64,000 bases of DNA from Smithella sp. (GTDB taxonomy: Bacteria; Desulfobacterota; Syntrophia; Syntrophales; Smithellaceae): positions 1,128-65,127 of the forward strand of contig JAGOMJ010000006.1 of NCBI GenBank assembly GCA_017993615.1. Reading direction: 5' to 3'. Positions 1 through 7,681 of this stretch are shown here, one piece after another. Made by a program: the position numbers and the translations under genes. The first letter of the stretch is position 1, and each line of letters begins with the position of its first letter. The notes under the pieces are model-generated. The model was given only the letters and a program-made list of their open reading frames with translations. It was not told the origin of the DNA and made no database searches.

Positions 1-586
1 GAAGATTCTGACCGGCATGACCCGCTTCGATCTCCACATATCTTTTGGCGCGGTTTGAGTATTTTTCTGCGGTTCGTTTATAGACACCGGCAATAACAAA
101 AACCGCAGGCGCCTGCCGGATGATGTCCTGACCGAGCGCCGCCGCAGCCAACTGCCGGCGAACGTCTGTCTTGACGACACGCAAAATCCGATGGTCTCCG
201 GATGAATAACGGAAGACGCCTTCCCGGATGACAACATAAACCTCCAGGGGAAACAGGGCGCCCGCCGACGGTGCGGTCCTAGCTGCCCAGTCACGCGTCT
301 TTCCCTGCGCCGCCCAGAGAAGTTGGGCCAATTCCTGCTCCGTTAATGGGCTTTGTGAAAATTGTCTTACCGATTCACGTTTTCTCAAAGCTTCTTCCAC
401 CGACATCCTGCCTTGATACACGGGAGCGGGAAGCGTGATGACAGACCGATCCGGCAGGAGACTCTTTTTTCCTGTCTCTGCCGCGCCGGTGATTGCGCTG
501 TAATTCGTCACTAAAAAAACCGTCAGGAGGACGTGAAGACTTATTGTTTTATGCGCCATGGCCTTGCGGATGATGTTCAACTCCAT
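1..586 (-). CDS. SagB/ThcOx-type nitroreductase-fold dehydrogenase, partial (3' end beyond window edge)
   Basis: Not in the ORF track because it runs off the edge. My minus-strand translation from ATG 586 (alternative ATG 559) gives a hydrophobic N-terminus (HKTISLHVLLTVFLV). It then gives SVEEALRKRESVRQF, LAQLLWAAQG, RTAPSAGALFPLEVYVV and YVEIEAGHAGQNL, the pattern of SagB-type nitroreductase-family proteins. Confidence 0.7.
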   Translation of the reverse strand, partial: MELNIIRKAMAHKTISLHVLLTVFLVTNYSAITGAAETGKKSLLPDRSVITLPAPVYQGRMSVEEALRKRESVRQFSQSPLTEQELAQLLWAAQGKTRDWAARTAPSAGALFPLEVYVVIREGVFRYSSGDHRILRVVKTDVRRQLAAAALGQDIIRQAPAVFVIAGVYKRTAEKYSNRAKRYVEIEAGHAGQNL

Positions 587-651
587 AACACTTTCTCTCA
601 TTATTTAATAAACGGAGGTTTGGAAGAGACGGCGAATGGCATCATGTCCGT

Positions 652-1110
652 TCAGGTGAATTTCAGCACTTTCGGTTTTACGAGCTCTTCGAAGTCCCGA
701 TAAGACATTCTGTACAGTTCCAGATGACCGCCGGCATTGAAGGCAATTTCCTTATTGCGGGTAAGATGCTCATCCACATAAACGTCCATTCCGTAAAGAT
801 TACCGAAGGGCGGTACGAAACCGATTTCACAATCCGGAAACATATCCTTAAATTGCGCTTCAGACGCAAGTTCCACTTTCTTTGCGCCCGTTTCCTTCCG
901 GAGATCATCAAAATCGATGGAATAGCTGGCCGGCAGAACCGCCATGGCCATCTTGCCGTCTATGTAAACGATAACGGTCTTGGCCAGCTCCGTTCCCGGA
1001 ATGTGCGCAGACTGCGCAATTTCCTGTGCCGTGTATGCCGTGGAATGGGCAATGATGACGTATTTCACCGATTGGCTGTTCAGAAACTCTTTGAGTTTTT
1101 TTGATGGCAT
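652..1110 (-). CDS. YbaK/EbsC-type aminoacyl-tRNA deacylase domain protein
   Basis: 152-aa ORF with AGGAGG 7 nt upstream of the ATG. The sequence (KYVIIAHSTAYTAQE..., KTVIVYIDGK..MAVLPA, FGNLYG, IAFNAGGH) matches the YbaK/ProX editing-domain pattern. Confidence 0.7.
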   Translation of the reverse strand: MPSKKLKEFLNSQSVKYVIIAHSTAYTAQEIAQSAHIPGTELAKTVIVYIDGKMAMAVLPASYSIDFDDLRKETGAKKVELASEAQFKDMFPDCEIGFVPPFGNLYGMDVYVDEHLTRNKEIAFNAGGHLELYRMSYRDFEELVKPKVLKFT

Positions 1111-1396
1111 GGCAGGCCTCCTTATTATCCTTGTGCATGTGGGTTTGTTATGGACTTCACTAACGTACCTTGCCGGAAAACCAGGGGCGCAAATATCCGA
1201 AGGAGTTGTAACAGGGACACCGCTATATTAAACCTTATCAGTCAATAACACAATAAAAAGAAAAGGGCTGTTCCCGGCAAACCGCCGGCAGGTTGCGGTG
1301 AAAAAATCATTCGTTCATGGTTTGATCGGTCACCATCAAAGAGACGAAACGATACGTTATAAACCGCCCCGCAATGGCATCTTCCGACGTCCGCCG

Positions 1397-2116
1397 CTAT
1401 TTGTTCTTCAACACCGGGAAAACCAGCCTGCCGCCGTGCTCGCCGATAATGGATGCCAGCGGGAGCCCCAGAAAGATCAGAACCGGTATCATCCACTCGC
1501 TTCCGGACGGATCCTGCAGGATTGCGGGGCTGATGATGAGCGCCGCCATCACGATTCCGTCGCAAAGCAGCAGCAACAGGGAAAATATCGTTTTGCGTAT
1601 AATCAGAGGGTTCGGCTGTCCCGAATAATTAACCAGCCAGGCCAGCAGGCCTGTCGCAATGGCTGCCGGCAGCGACAGCGTACCCAGAATGTAGAGATAA
1701 AAAACAGCAGCCGGCAGTCCGGGTACCGGATTGATCAGGTAATACCAGGCAAGAAAAAGAGGAGCGATGATAAAAATGGCCATGGGGAAATGAACAACCA
1801 TCGGATGCGGATGCCGTTTAAAAAATGGATAGGCCTCAAGCCAATGATGCATCCACAGGGGAATGAACGGCGGCTTGGCCACTTTTTCAGGGCTCATCTG
1901 CCCCATGTCCTGAAGTTTGGACAAAACGTCCTTTCCATGCGGCGAGGCTGCAATGGCTTCCGTCAGATCGGTCCCGGCCTGATGACGGTTCATATGCACG
2001 CCGTTTTTCCAAAGGCGGTTTCCCGTAACATCATAGACCCTGCCTTCGACGGCAACATACGCTTTGTGGCCTTCCCTGCCGTCATGTTTCGACAAGGTCT
2101 CCTTGTCCATCTTCAT
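1397..2116 (-). CDS. Cytochrome b5-like heme-binding domain fused to a multi-TM (DUF2231-like) membrane domain
   Basis: The N-terminus (LSKHDGREGHKAYVAVEGRVYDVTG...W.NGVH...HQAGTDLT) is the cytochrome b5/steroid-binding signature. About four hydrophobic helices follow. GGAGGG Shine-Dalgarno upstream. Confidence 0.7.
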   Translation of the reverse strand: MKMDKETLSKHDGREGHKAYVAVEGRVYDVTGNRLWKNGVHMNRHQAGTDLTEAIAASPHGKDVLSKLQDMGQMSPEKVAKPPFIPLWMHHWLEAYPFFKRHPHPMVVHFPMAIFIIAPLFLAWYYLINPVPGLPAAVFYLYILGTLSLPAAIATGLLAWLVNYSGQPNPLIIRKTIFSLLLLLCDGIVMAALIISPAILQDPSGSEWMIPVLIFLGLPLASIIGEHGGRLVFPVLKNK

Positions 2117-2196
2117 AGCATACCCTCCCCGTATTAATTATAATGATTGTAATGTTTTCCCGCCCGGCTTTCAAGACCGAATGCGACTGGATATTA

Positions 2197-3321
2197 TCAT
2201 GCTTCAGTGCGGCGGCCATCCGGCATTTTTTTAAAGAAAATACTGATCGCCGCCGGCAGATAAAAAGCGGACAGGATGACCGCGGCAAAAACAACCGGTT
2301 GAAACACTTGACGATCCTGGAGCCCCTGAATCAGGCAGGCAATGATCAACAAGATTCCGGTGAAATTATGAACGCGAATGGTCAGTAAATTCGCAGGCGC
2401 CAGTTTGTCCGGTTCGTTGCCGTATGCTTTCATGATTAAAAATGCGCGAACGGACCACGGCAGGGTCAGCAAGCCCAGATAAATCCAGTAGCCTGCCATG
2501 TTCAGAGGAGGTGCAAGCAGAATGACCGCGTAGGCCAGCATCATTGCCACGCCGTAAAACCGGGCTGCCGCCTTTAGGCCGAATCGCACCACCAGCGTGT
2601 TTTTACCGGCCGCGGCATCGTCGAATCTGTCCGGGATTTCATTGATGACGATCATAGCAAACATCATGAACCCCAGGGGCAACAGGATCCAGAAAATCTC
2701 CCACGAAAAAGAAACAGTCTGCACGACATAGGCGCCCATGCCGATGGTAAAGCTGAAATTGATCAACTGGGAGAATTCTCCCAGGCCGCGATATCCGTAC
2801 CGGATGGGCGGTGCCGTGTAAAAATACGAACACCCCACGCCGAACAGGCCGAAAACGATGATCCACCAGGTCTGCGCCGCGCACAGATAGAGGCCGATCC
2901 CGATGGTGATCAGGTAAAATAACGTGAACATCAGGCGCATGTGCCCGTGTTTGATCAGGCCGCCGGTCAGGGTCCCGCTGCCGCCGGTATAAGGATTTTC
3001 CCGGCGTTCACCGCCTTGATCGACGGCGGCGTGATAATCAAAATAGTCGTCGGTCATGTTCAGGGCGATGTGATTGAGCGTAACGCCCAGCACCGTGAGA
3101 AAGAAAAACCATCGGTTCATGAGACCGGTCTGCACCCAGGCGCCGACAGACCCCAGGATAGCCGGAAGAAAACTGGCGGGAACAAAATGATAGCGAAACG
3201 CAATCCACCAGACACGGAACGATTTTCTTTGGGCTCCGGCAAACGACCGGGTATCGGGAATGGAAACGGATAAAACGTCCTGCGACCTGACTTCTGTTAA
3301 GAAAGGTTTTTTGTTTTTCAC
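2197..3321 (-). CDS. UbiA-family (MenA-like) aromatic prenyltransferase
   Basis: 374-aa polytopic protein with the first Asp-rich motif NMTDDYFDYHAAVD and a second motif, NEIPDRFDDAAAGKNT. The start is GTG at 3321 with no clear SD, so the start is uncertain. Confidence 0.8.
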   Translation of the reverse strand: MKNKKPFLTEVRSQDVLSVSIPDTRSFAGAQRKSFRVWWIAFRYHFVPASFLPAILGSVGAWVQTGLMNRWFFFLTVLGVTLNHIALNMTDDYFDYHAAVDQGGERRENPYTGGSGTLTGGLIKHGHMRLMFTLFYLITIGIGLYLCAAQTWWIIVFGLFGVGCSYFYTAPPIRYGYRGLGEFSQLINFSFTIGMGAYVVQTVSFSWEIFWILLPLGFMMFAMIVINEIPDRFDDAAAGKNTLVVRFGLKAAARFYGVAMMLAYAVILLAPPLNMAGYWIYLGLLTLPWSVRAFLIMKAYGNEPDKLAPANLLTIRVHNFTGILLIIACLIQGLQDRQVFQPVVFAAVILSAFYLPAAISIFFKKMPDGRRTEA

Positions 3322-3452
3322 GTATCGTTTTTAACACAGGGTTCATCCGTCTGTCAAAAATGTTTTGCAGGCGTTGGCCGTTAAAAGTTCTGCCCTTTTC
3401 CGTCGCCTTTATGCTAAAATTACTCCGAGTGCCGGAAGAAAGGAGAGAGGAT

Positions 3453-3893
3453 ATGCGCAGTGACATTCAAAAAATCATTCAGGAAAACAGGATGTGCGTG
3501 ATGGCCACGGTCGGCCGGGATGCCCCGCATTGTTCTCTGATGTCGTATGCATCAGGGCGGGATGGCCGTGAAATCTACATGGCCACCTTCAAAGATACAA
3601 AAAAATATCACAATCTCATCGCCAATCCCAATGTCAGTCTGCTGATCGATACGCGTGTTGTCGATGCCGAAGGAACTCCCCGGGCATTGACGGTCACCGG
3701 CATCGTTGAGGCTGTGGATAACGATAAAAGTATTGAGGAAATCCGGGAAACGCTTCTCCGGAAGCATCCCGACCTGAGGGATTTTTTCAATCATCCCGAC
3801 ACCCGGATGATTGTTGTCCGGCCGACCACCCTGCAGCTGCTGGATAATGTGACGGATGCTTATTTTGAAGAGCTGCGACAGCCTAAGCGTTGA
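3453..3893 (+). CDS. Pyridoxamine 5'-phosphate oxidase-family (FMN-binding split-barrel) protein
   Basis: Track ORF 3360..3893 trimmed to ATG 3453, which follows AGGAGAGAGG. The sequence MCVMATVGRDAPHCSLMSY...IYMATFKDTKKYHNLIANPNVSLLID is typical of the PNPOx-like/general-stress-protein-26 fold. Confidence 0.7.
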   Translation: MRSDIQKIIQENRMCVMATVGRDAPHCSLMSYASGRDGREIYMATFKDTKKYHNLIANPNVSLLIDTRVVDAEGTPRALTVTGIVEAVDNDKSIEEIRETLLRKHPDLRDFFNHPDTRMIVVRPTTLQLLDNVTDAYFEELRQPKR

Positions 3894-3923
3894 GACGAAA
3901 CAGAAGGTTTCCCGAAAAAAATT

Positions 3924-5666
3924 CTATTCGTAGTAGTGTATTTTTGTCAGAACTTCATTGATCGTGGTCAAACCGTGTTCAACCTTTTCACAAGCGTCTT
4001 CAATGAGGGTTTTCATGCCGTTTTCGCGGGCAACGATGCAAAGGTCCTGATCGGAATGATACAGGGGGATGGTCCGTCTCAGATTGCCGTCGACCCGCAG
4101 GAATTCGAAAATCCCTATCCGTCCCTTATAGCCCGTAAAGCCGCATGCTTCGCACCCTTTCCCCTTATAGGATATTCCGATTTTGAGCTTTTTCAGATAA
4201 GGGTAGTTCTCAAAAAGATACTGCGGTATTTCGAATTCCACCCGGCAGTTTTCACATATTTTTTTCACAAGCCTTTGTGCAAGGATGGCATTCAGAGCGG
4301 AACTGATCAGATAAGGTTCTATGCCCAGATCCCTTAAACGGGAGATGGTTGCAATGGTATCATTGGTATGGACCGAGCTGAGTACCAGATGGCCGGTCAG
4401 CGCCGCCTTCGTGGAAATTTGAGCGGTCTCGGAATCCCGAACTTCGCCGACCATGATGACGTCGGGATCCTGCCTGAGAATCGAACGCAGAGCCGCGGCG
4501 AACGTAAACCCGACTTTTTCATTGACCGGCACCTGCTTGATGTTCTCCAGCTCGTATTCGATCGGGTCTTCGATCGTCACGACGCTCTCCGATTCCAGCG
4601 AAAGCTGTGTCAGCAGGGAATAAAGCGTGGTGGTTTTTCCGCTGCCTGTGGGACCGGTTACAAACAGCATCCCCTGAGGTTTGTTGAGCATCTCCAGAAG
4701 ATCTCTGATGATGTTATCCGGCATCCCCAGCTTGCTCAGCGGGATGAGTCCCTTGACCGAATCCAGAATCCGTATGACAATGGTTTCTCCGTGAGCCGAC
4801 GGGATGGTGGAAACACGCAGATCGATCATGCGTCCTTCATATTTGACGGTACTCCTGCCGTCCTGCGGCATCCGGCGGATGGTAATGTTCATGGTGGATA
4901 TGATCTTGATCCGGGAGGTCATCGCCTCCTGATACGTTTTGGATATTTTGAGAACGGTGGACAGGTCCCCGTCTATTCTGTAGCGGACACTGACATATTT
5001 TTCATGGGGCTCTATGTGGATGTCCGTTGCCCTTGATTTGACGGCATTGACCAGAATCAGGGTCACCAATTTGACAATGGGCGGTTCTTCTCCTATTTTA
5101 TAGAGGTCATCGGCTCTGAGCGCGCTTTCATCTTCCTCTTCCATTTTATGGAACTCGATACTTTTATCCAGATTGAACTGCATTTCGCCGTCCAGATGGA
5201 TATCGTTCAACGGCTTCCATATTTTTTCGATGGAGCAATAGCCGTAATTTTTCTCAATGGCTTTCATGAGCGACGATTCTGTGGTCAGCAGGGGGGTAAT
5301 ATTTTTTCCGGTGAGAAATTTCACTTCATCGATGGTGGAATAATCAAGAGGATTGACCATGGCCAGGAAAAGCGTATTCCCCGACACATCGGTCGGCAGG
5401 ATCTTTTTCTTAACGGCCATGGTCATACTGACCAGTTTAAGAAATTTTTCCGGCACAACCACGCCATCACAATCGATATAGGAAATAGAAAATTTCTTTC
5501 GGAAAGCCTCGACAAGCTGTGCTTCCGTGATGTAACCGAGCTCAATAAGCGTCTGACCGATCATCTTGCCGCTTTTCTTCTGAAGGGCAAGCGCACTCAT
5601 CAACTGGCCTTCGGAAACAATGCTGTCCTCGATTAAGATTTCACCCAGCTTTTTTCTTTTATTCAT
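3924..5666 (-). CDS. GspE/PilB-family secretion/pilus ATPase with N-terminal MshEN-type (c-di-GMP-binding-like) domain
   Basis: Walker A GPTGSGKTT, Asp/His boxes and a C-terminal CENC...CEAC tetracysteine motif. The N-terminus (KLGEILIEDSIVSEGQLMSALALQ, then MIGQTLIELGYITEAQLVEAF) fits the tandem MshEN motif RLGxxLVxxGxIxxxxLxxALxxQ. Confidence 0.9.
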   Translation of the reverse strand: MNKRKKLGEILIEDSIVSEGQLMSALALQKKSGKMIGQTLIELGYITEAQLVEAFRKKFSISYIDCDGVVVPEKFLKLVSMTMAVKKKILPTDVSGNTLFLAMVNPLDYSTIDEVKFLTGKNITPLLTTESSLMKAIEKNYGYCSIEKIWKPLNDIHLDGEMQFNLDKSIEFHKMEEEDESALRADDLYKIGEEPPIVKLVTLILVNAVKSRATDIHIEPHEKYVSVRYRIDGDLSTVLKISKTYQEAMTSRIKIISTMNITIRRMPQDGRSTVKYEGRMIDLRVSTIPSAHGETIVIRILDSVKGLIPLSKLGMPDNIIRDLLEMLNKPQGMLFVTGPTGSGKTTTLYSLLTQLSLESESVVTIEDPIEYELENIKQVPVNEKVGFTFAAALRSILRQDPDVIMVGEVRDSETAQISTKAALTGHLVLSSVHTNDTIATISRLRDLGIEPYLISSALNAILAQRLVKKICENCRVEFEIPQYLFENYPYLKKLKIGISYKGKGCEACGFTGYKGRIGIFEFLRVDGNLRRTIPLYHSDQDLCIVARENGMKTLIEDACEKVEHGLTTINEVLTKIHYYE

Positions 5667-5693
5667 AATGTTTGAGATATCTGATTAAGTTGC

Positions 5694-5702
5694 ATTATAG
5701 CA
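5694..5702 (-). promoter_or_regulatory. Candidate extended -10 promoter element (TGcTATAAT) for the PilB-like ATPase gene
   Basis: The minus strand reads TGCTATAAT about 28 nt upstream of ATG 5666. The -35 is weak. Sequence match only. Confidence 0.3.
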
Positions 5703-6417
5703 CGTCTTTAAAATATTAAAAATGAATAAAATTATACGATTTTCCGGCGCATGGCTTTGACGGATATGTCGTCTGGAATGATCAAAGGCTGTTTTCGAAC
5801 ATCGATATGCAAAATCCGTATGGACAGATCCCCCGCAGCAAAACCGCAATAAGGCAAATTGGTCTTCAAGACCGGACGCATTGCCTTCCAGAAACTTCAC
5901 GATCCCTGCGGGTTTCTTCGTTTCTGAAAAACAGCGGGCGTTTGAAATGTCCTTAATGTAAACCTATTGTAAAAAACCCGAAAACGCTTCTTTTTCTGAA
6001 GCCTTTAGCGTCGGGATAGCTCAATGAAAATGCCTGTTTCCCTTCCGGGTATTTCTTATCGTGAATACCCCTGGACTCAAATTCGATGCCCGGTTATGAA
6101 ATTTGTTCCCCGTGGAAATTGGACAGACCTGTCAGGATGTTATTGAGGGCATTTCATCCTTCGCTTAAATGTGCGAAGATATTGACGAATCTAGAATTTC
6201 AGAAGGTTATTTCCACTCCATGCTCTCTTGATTATGATATTTTTTTATTCCATGACAAAATTTTTATTGACTTTACCCATCAATCATACTATTGACCGAA
6301 CATTCAATTCAAATGATTAATTTGAGGATATCGCGTTTTTTGTGAAAGATTATTCATAAAGAGGTCGTTTGCGTGCTCTTTATAGAATATATTTACTAAG
6401 TTGTTATGCAATAATAC

Positions 6418-6460
6418 CAAGCAGTACGTTGTTTCGCGTTCATGATCAAGCGGTACGTTG
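6418..6460 (+). repeat. 14-nt direct repeat pair CAAGC(A/G)GTACGTTG, starts 29 nt apart, in the leader of the 6.6-18 kb cluster
   Basis: 6418-6431 caagcagtacgttg and 6447-6460 caagcggtacgttg differ at one position. They lie about 185 nt upstream of ATG 6643 in AT-rich non-coding DNA. Confidence 0.35.
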
Positions 6461-6642
6461 CCTCCTATCTGAAGAGACCCGGCATTCAACCAGAGATTAG
6501 TAAAAATCTAAACCAGATTCGTCCATGAAAATCTGTCCGGATAACGGATCGGATTTGACGACGAAAAGTGTCAGCCGATAGGTGTCATCTATTGGCATTC
6601 AAACTCTTTAGAATAACTGCATCATTAAGAGGAGGAATACAC

Positions 6643-7596
6643 ATGAAAAGCATGTCTGTTTCGTCAGCAAGTGAGCAGAGGGGGCATCAAAGCGATTCAA
6701 CGGACCCCCTACCGGTAAACGCTCAGGATTTTTTCATTCAGAGCCACAAGGGATTCAATTACTACCTGATCGATTTGAATACAGCCGAATGGAATCGTCT
6801 CGGAGATATCATTCGGGGATGTGAAGCGGTTGAAAATGATTGCTGGAAGGCGCAGGAGGAATTCTCAACCTATCTGCGGAAATGCGATGTTCTTAGCTAT
6901 GTGGAAAAAAACGGCCGGATCGTCGCCTTTGATGCCGTGTCCATTCTCAACAGCGGTCCCCATTGCGTGTACAATAATGAAGAAACGATGGTGCTCAAAG
7001 CATTCCGGGGAAGAGACCTTGCTCAACGTCTGGTCATTATGACGGTGGAATGGCACCTCACGAAAGCCGCTTCAATCAAGAACAAAGATTATTTCATTTT
7101 TACGTCCATCTCGGCTAATCCCGCAGTGGTCAACCGGTATTTCAATAAATCATGGCTGCGGGTACTGTTTGACTCCTCTTTCTCCCCGTCGCCCGCATTA
7201 ATCGCTCTGAAGGAAGAGTATTGCCGTAAATACGGGATCGGACTTGTGGATCAGAGCTATCCTTTCTGCCTGAAGAACATGTTTCCCGGCTCAAACGGTT
7301 TTGATCCCAATGATCCGAAGTATCAATTCTCGCCCCATGTCCGGGCAAACATGCCGGCGGATTTCGAACATATGGACAGGGGCGACGCATTTGCCTTTAT
7401 GCTGATGATCCCCATGAAAATCGTACGACTGGTCACCTTCGTTCTGATGATCAAATGCTTCGGCAAGGAATACTTTTCCAGCAGGGGTGTCGGACTGTTC
7501 AGCAGCAGAAGACCCCTTATCCCGTCTTTTACCGACCGGCGGGTCCCGGGTCTGTCCGGAGAACCTTTTTCAGTCAAAACTGCGGATCACGGATAA
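6643..7596 (+). CDS. Hypothetical protein, possibly a GNAT-fold acyltransferase with a C-terminal hydrophobic segment
   Basis: Track ORF 6568..7596 trimmed to ATG 6643, preceded by AGGAGG. The segment ETMVLKAFRGRDLAQRLV resembles GNAT motif A (R/Q-x-x-G-x-A/G). A hydrophobic stretch (AFAFMLMIPMKIVRLVTFVLMI) sits near the C-terminus. The family call is weak. Confidence 0.45.
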   Translation: MKSMSVSSASEQRGHQSDSTDPLPVNAQDFFIQSHKGFNYYLIDLNTAEWNRLGDIIRGCEAVENDCWKAQEEFSTYLRKCDVLSYVEKNGRIVAFDAVSILNSGPHCVYNNEETMVLKAFRGRDLAQRLVIMTVEWHLTKAASIKNKDYFIFTSISANPAVVNRYFNKSWLRVLFDSSFSPSPALIALKEEYCRKYGIGLVDQSYPFCLKNMFPGSNGFDPNDPKYQFSPHVRANMPADFEHMDRGDAFAFMLMIPMKIVRLVTFVLMIKCFGKEYFSSRGVGLFSSRRPLIPSFTDRRVPGLSGEPFSVKTADHG

Positions 7597-7681
7597 AATG
7601 ATTTGCAGAAGAATATACGATATTCAAAACTAAACGTAAGAGAATTAACGTTTGAAACAACCAGTAAATGAGGAGGCTCCA

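Noticed and set aside
1298-2137. Long ORFs antisense to recognisable genes. Examples: 1298..2137 (+), 9576..10199 (-), 14622..15281 (-), 16779..17462 (-), 27188..27751 (-), 44545..45213 (-), 51469..52380 (+) and 57730..58332 (+).
   Set aside because: Each lies entirely opposite a gene with a strong family signature. Their composition is Arg/Gly/His/Pro-rich and low in complexity, and they lack an SD sequence. They are shadow ORFs of GC-skewed coding regions.
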